Source: a virus. From it: DNA of 26,682 nt. Of the stretch, positions 24,301 to 26,682 are shown in pieces. Position 1 is the stretch's first letter; each line of letters opens with the position of its first letter. Below the pieces are notes generated by a model. The model had not been told where the DNA came from. It saw nothing but the letters and a program-made list of their open reading frames with translations, and did not search any database. The position numbers and the translations under genes were made by a program. The stretch spans positions 1 through 26,682 of the IMG/VR virus record IMGVR_UViG_3300043775_000777. One strand, given 5' to 3'.

Positions 24301-26682
24301 TTCATAAGTATGAGTCAGCAATGCTTGTATATGGTGATCATGCACAGTGGGGTCATGATAAAGAAGACTGGACCAAACGTATACCTGGCTTAACTTCAGA
24401 TGGTACCGGGTTCCTTTTTGATAAAGGAATGAAAAGCTTCATTAAAGATAACTTCAACAAAGTTACATATGCAAGCTTAAACATGCCTAATATACCTGCA
24501 GATAAAAAGTTTATATATGGTGAGAACTTAAACACAGCAGTTATAAAAGATGCTGTGAGAGATTCATTATATCTAGATGATATGGTCAAAGCATGGAAAG
24601 AAGAATATGCCGGAACCTATGATTCTAAAACTATAGATGAGCTTATTAAAAAAGACATTAAGCCATTCATGGGAATGAAAGAAGGTGATGGTATGGCCTA
24701 TATGACTTTTGATGCATATAGAACTTTACACAAAACTGGAGGAAAAGGATGGACATTAGCTCAAGAAAGTCTTTACCAAAGAATTATCAAAGGAGAAAAA
24801 GTAAATCCTAAGACTGTAAAAGATTACTTCCCTGTATATAAGTTACATTACTTTGGGGCTATACAAAACAGTATTGCACCGGTAAGAGCAATGCATAAAT
24901 TTGCTGTGATACCTTTAATCCCGGGAGTTAATGCACAAGAAGGTTCAGAGTTAGATATATTACATAAAAAAATGTTAAAAGAGAACATTCAATATGTAGC
25001 ATTTGACTCATGTTCTAAAGGAGCTAACTTAACATCTGATGGTAAAGTAGATAATATCTTTACTAGTAAAGATGATAAAGCTATTAAAGAGGATGCTGAA
25101 TTTACAGTGAATCCTATTTACATGGCAAACTTAAAAGAGGTAACAGTTATTAATGAACACTTTAAGGGCTCTCTTCCTATTGCTACACAGACCAGAGGTA
25201 TCTTACTTGATAACCTATATAAAGAAGGTAAATTAATCAATGAGAAAAACAAACCAGTACTTGATGAGTATTTATCTGCAGTAAAAGATTACTCAGAAAT
25301 ATTAAAAGAAGAATTACTAAGTGAGATTGGTTTTGAGTTTATAGATGGTAGAGCTGTTGGTAACTTAAAACAGTTTGTTGAAGTTATCAGAGATGAATTA
25401 AAAAACAGAGATACTCCTGAACACCTTATCAGATTGCTCAACACTGCTAATGACAGAGAGCTAGCAATGGATTTATCATTACATCCAGAAGCTGATACAG
25501 TTGAAAAGCTTATCATGAGCTTTTTACAGAATGGGTTAATTAAACAAAAAACTAATGGAGAACCATTAGTACAAACTCCAACTACCTTTACTAATGGTAT
25601 TTGGGATTCTCAATATACTGCTTTAACTGATCTTGAAGAAATTAAAAAGTGGATGGGTTCAAACACTCTACCATTCTATTTAAGAAATGCAGGAGAAAGA
25701 AGTACTGAGATGAAAGTTGCTGTTGCACTGCAAGGTGAGTTTATTAAACTCTTAAATGACAAGCATACAGATGGAGAAAAAATCTCTACTATTGATAGAC
25801 TTAATGAAGTTATCAAAGATCCTAAATGGTTAGAGGCTAACAAGGATGCTGTAACAATGTTTGGTCCAAGGATTCCTAATGATGCTACCAATACAATTGA
25901 AGCAGCAACAGTATGGCATTTCTTACCTGAAGCATTTGGTAATAGTATAATAGTACCAACTGAGATAGTTGCAAAAGCTGGATCTGACTTTGACGGGGAT
26001 AAGTTATTCATGACTTTCTCTAACATAGATAATGAAGGTAAAGTTATTTCTAAAGGAGTAGATAAATTTGAAACTCTACTTAAAGAAACTCAGGCACTTG
26101 AAAAAGCTAATAAACCTATAAAAGGGAGACCTTCTTCAAGAGCTCTTATTGCTGAGCAGAAAAAATATTTACAGAACAGATTTAAAAATGCTGCTGTAGA
26201 AATCTTGATGTTGCCGGAGAACTATGCATACTTGACTAAACCAAATGGAACTTACCTGGTAGATAAGTATGTAGCTGAGTTAGAAGAAAACAAAAAAGGT
26301 TACAATAGATATAAGAACACTCATGGTCAGGCACCTAAACTTTCTGCTGCTGATGAAAACGGTAAAAGAAAAACTGTCATAAGCCCTACTAGAGTACTTG
26401 AGGCTACTTATAACTTGTATAAGCATGATGCTAACTTATCTCTTGAGCCTTCACTAGGTATCATGGCCAAGTTAGCTAAGAGTCACCCTATATACAAATC
26501 AGTTGGTGCTTTAATGCCAGCTACATATAGAGCTTCTGCTTTTATTGAAGCATTAAACAAAACTATAGAGACAGGTTTCACATTACCTGTAGTAATGAGA
26601 TTTGCTCATAACAAAACTAGGAATGCTATGGGTCAAGAAGTTATATCTTTGTCCGGAGAAAGAACTCAAAGTGGTTCCCGTA
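18393..26682 (+). CDS. Giant virion-associated DNA-dependent RNA polymerase (single-chain, two-barrel, crAss/phi14:2 gp66-like) fused to a zincin metallopeptidase-like domain; 3'-truncated by the window
   Basis: ATG at 18393 (MSITCALSDSQIEKLF), 2 nt after the ORF5 stop. All motifs I checked share this frame: YHEAWH (21000-21017), EEMLAEDF (21135-21158), DWTKR (24366-24380), DGMAYMTFDAYR (24687-24722), GPRIP (25863-25877), GSDFDGDKLF (25980-26009). The ORF track lists no stop-terminated ORF here, consistent with a frame that runs off the window. Confidence 0.92.
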   Translation, partial: MSITCALSDSQIEKLFKLTYKRMKDSLDSDTEFDAEDFMKDLFNKIAGKQDAETAAKFIQHVPAMVYALSAKSAFKNLDFKDTLNESAIKKLSRQFKSDTGISDVVSRYQVKPDVLPGKVEREADNANKIELNQIPIPEEPVTVIESDRFKTLSPWGGTLQNYIKINPNKKSDGSVVIEEINPEKAHIIKTFENIKQIQAMSDLTDGIIYEGKKLMFRAENLDLFARGENLDMLDKETRDEIAASRTIINNKSKVDPAIAQVNQRVILVLTDEFGNNIYVDNEGKITDKETGKLVYQFMRTVRKQGNKYTVKDIYNQEDQVLSPEEFARMTYNPEIDGTKREYFDKVVAEQQKQMKELYDLQQKALKNEAKLLPVTGITTGISSNLSSTRILLNELTKFPGITADVYSTIETAPRDTATLRKGEATIEINGNTFAIDRPRITKDIADEVASVLTNPNIPLAAKKGFVDQFLPSSLDIQGSAKKYKFSFDKDLKYLYFNEYKDFKFKNPVDEKGKLLTDTNLKKLSAEEVKNIKDRIVNVLMNGGIKNNIEGQSNAVFMSYDSSKFNKNYQRLSEDGSRFIDKSYNEFLSTLPAEIKIINADPGFYNYSVSYTTPDSTLGKVIESNTRQLSFDEELALEAEKLKNDPATIESNRIINQANSEAWRLLVESDPTVKVKPVSEPVLIVSYLRNQIATNPTYTKEFVTKVFDNILGAYWRQIGDAQSKLINDEINKRFPEPINSKELTNAETLQILTEPGAPAPESTDSAVSEIFKSNGKIDLDSIPGSFDRKGFDKERINPLKVLRAKKWWNSEEIKPLRDLISFEHAANLVNSDVFATFIVNAAYIADTNDKMGTIKVNKLNGSFYQNLTAYHEAWHVFSQLFLTKEQKIDLYTELQNYTDANGNQPYANKKFRELEEMLAEDFRNYVKSGKAKENAPKRNTIFRQILNFLKQLFGKYLNKFKKKDIQLDSLNSPMAKELFDNLFLGRFNSYQASVDNVVLYDLDRGVRQVNNPKEDALSPQDGNQMVKTIDSIFSEKIDDIYDTRVIEARKQIAETALKEGIKVTPEYIEKQLHTKGLKSASVLMLTDTAKRAWLYGETKNSLQEILKSETAKLEKVKGQKDFNKYATLKEISDNAVAVMKNKKGEDKYFFLASQIDDFSKLDPSLKRGERVRGEDYKGSIKILGDFYKHKEITKDGRPVDIVIISKIQDAELQFQNYKNAEKQKAYTEVILNKNAKNILVDDKQQLVRDNIRILQNTLANWGDEKSGMVKYHMENTDYEIGKNKFDIEVQSQSKQEIDQDGNVIDETEVTEGATTDPEVKPGTQSLQQMMSKETTYLIKSLFKVNPDGTTPTDRFGVKERADFNKVFTILAKTIGGERDRYKAYAKLAEESEKFPELKQLYEKKYPDPNNITNTHEMDISVRFWQDFGKFRVKYMQLFAFNDSDSNTIDFRVKESSIAIDNTLNRWMALFKSTQATSYINKGKDNVSTLNLANLVKDFGTKGELAKKDAIDFARAMAIDLDNNDNIKKELADNFDYYGLAYIFDIVKGFNEINNLKEGDPELTAERVKYLDMFKKNPIDVLKNIIPVGVLSTLKGSVKELTQLKRLAELQSKYGFDSATTGVIRANGNTGYQEMNWSSAASYVYALNEVTEMHQLWTDPRYNYMSYLNPAINPHTLQLSIIKSLFDANGKKIPGKSVLLMAVDGTSMSNKKTVTKNGRQVEIEEAEGNTTTELDPQSKFLQELHTMLLGGVAEFPRHSEKKFSYGIKVVGGIEGSSVGYLLQGTDKNLYVDMDMFTKTDEKGRLNGEIYAIGNNILPYIQGEFDRIKKFRGANKEEYLKITGYNKLVDDGNGNDAPAGSVFSAFDSVLRQETKDALYKLADEQIDVPLVDYLRGKPLRKMMADDIIDYFNEKTNELDTLYFQKMPFLSKSIFEKLGYKADELTSNKINSLKLDKTLTDRILKAYLYNDFIHKYESAMLVYGDHAQWGHDKEDWTKRIPGLTSDGTGFLFDKGMKSFIKDNFNKVTYASLNMPNIPADKKFIYGENLNTAVIKDAVRDSLYLDDMVKAWKEEYAGTYDSKTIDELIKKDIKPFMGMKEGDGMAYMTFDAYRTLHKTGGKGWTLAQESLYQRIIKGEKVNPKTVKDYFPVYKLHYFGAIQNSIAPVRAMHKFAVIPLIPGVNAQEGSELDILHKKMLKENIQYVAFDSCSKGANLTSDGKVDNIFTSKDDKAIKEDAEFTVNPIYMANLKEVTVINEHFKGSLPIATQTRGILLDNLYKEGKLINEKNKPVLDEYLSAVKDYSEILKEELLSEIGFEFIDGRAVGNLKQFVEVIRDELKNRDTPEHLIRLLNTANDRELAMDLSLHPEADTVEKLIMSFLQNGLIKQKTNGEPLVQTPTTFTNGIWDSQYTALTDLEEIKKWMGSNTLPFYLRNAGERSTEMKVAVALQGEFIKLLNDKHTDGEKISTIDRLNEVIKDPKWLEANKDAVTMFGPRIPNDATNTIEAATVWHFLPEAFGNSIIVPTEIVAKAGSDFDGDKLFMTFSNIDNEGKVISKGVDKFETLLKETQALEKANKPIKGRPSSRALIAEQKKYLQNRFKNAAVEILMLPENYAYLTKPNGTYLVDKYVAELEENKKGYNRYKNTHGQAPKLSAADENGKRKTVISPTRVLEATYNLYKHDANLSLEPSLGIMAKLAKSHPIYKSVGALMPATYRASAFIEALNKTIETGFTLPVVMRFAHNKTRNAMGQEVISLSGERTQSGSR
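20991..21170 (+). other. Zincin-like metallopeptidase motif within ORF6
   Basis: LTAYHEAWHVFSQLFL (HExxH) followed about 40 residues later by ELEEMLAEDFRNY, a candidate third Glu ligand. Known: zincin domains occur in the giant virion proteins of crAss-like phages. Confidence 0.8.
25863..26009 (+). other. RNA polymerase catalytic double-psi beta-barrel motifs (RxP and DxDGD)
   Basis: GPRIPND...SIIVPTEIVAKAGSDFDGDKLF. The Mg-binding DFDGD is at 25986-26000. Confidence 0.93.

Larger units (their letters stand above)
1..26682 (+). mobile_element. Segment of a crAss-like/phi14:2-related bacteriophage genome: virion cargo, ejection protein and virion RNA polymerase module
   Basis: Seen: uninterrupted run of giant co-oriented ORFs, no cellular housekeeping genes, and RNAP (DFDGD), zincin (HEAWH) and PD-(D/E)xK motifs in the last two ORFs. 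Known: this combination of giant genes is characteristic of crAss-like phages. The host assignment is inferred from the promoter shape and the lack of Shine-Dalgarno sequences. Confidence 0.88.

Noticed and set aside
107-26026. All short minus-strand ORFs in the track (60-197 aa) and the + strand 60-aa ORF at 20467-20649
   Set aside because: They lie wholly within long + strand genes. Their Ser/Phe/Leu-rich composition is what the antisense of Glu/Lys-rich codons produces, and they show no recognisable motifs.
1-26682. Stop-codon reassignment (TAG or TGA), known in some crAss-like phages
   Set aside because: Multi-kilobase ORFs are already open in the standard code with near-complete coding density. 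All visible stops are TAA, so recoding is neither needed nor testable here.
18393-26682. Cellular rpoC/rpoB, or an intein or intron in the polymerase gene
   Set aside because: It lacks the NADFDGD context and other cellular beta-prime motifs, and the gene neighbourhood is viral. I saw no intein-like C...HN signature, LAGLIDADG/HNH motif or frame break.

Overview
AT-rich (roughly one-third GC, judged by eye) segment of a tailed bacteriophage genome, most likely a crAss-like/phi14:2-related phage of a Bacteroidota host (inference). Six large, tightly packed genes all lie on the + strand. The last (18393 to beyond the window end, >2760 codons, absent from the supplied ORF track because it has no stop) is a giant single-chain two-barrel virion RNA polymerase (GSDFDGDK catalytic motif) with a zincin HExxH domain upstream in the same frame. 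Before it lie a 2400-aa probable ejection protein (hydrophobic segments plus a PD-(D/E)xK nuclease domain), a 1030-aa probable cargo protein and three low-complexity, modular proteins. These three carry about 20 copies of a short 'x-x-x-G-G' motif, a shared ~21-aa terminal tag, two tandem ADP-ribosyltransferase-like cassettes, a cysteine-rich tandem repeat and an 11-residue Asn/Gln repeat. The two intergenic gaps hold the same palindromic element, which starts at a stop codon, followed by a variant Bacteroidota-type promoter (TTTA-N20-TAnnTTTA). All functional calls come from motif reading by eye; no searches were run.
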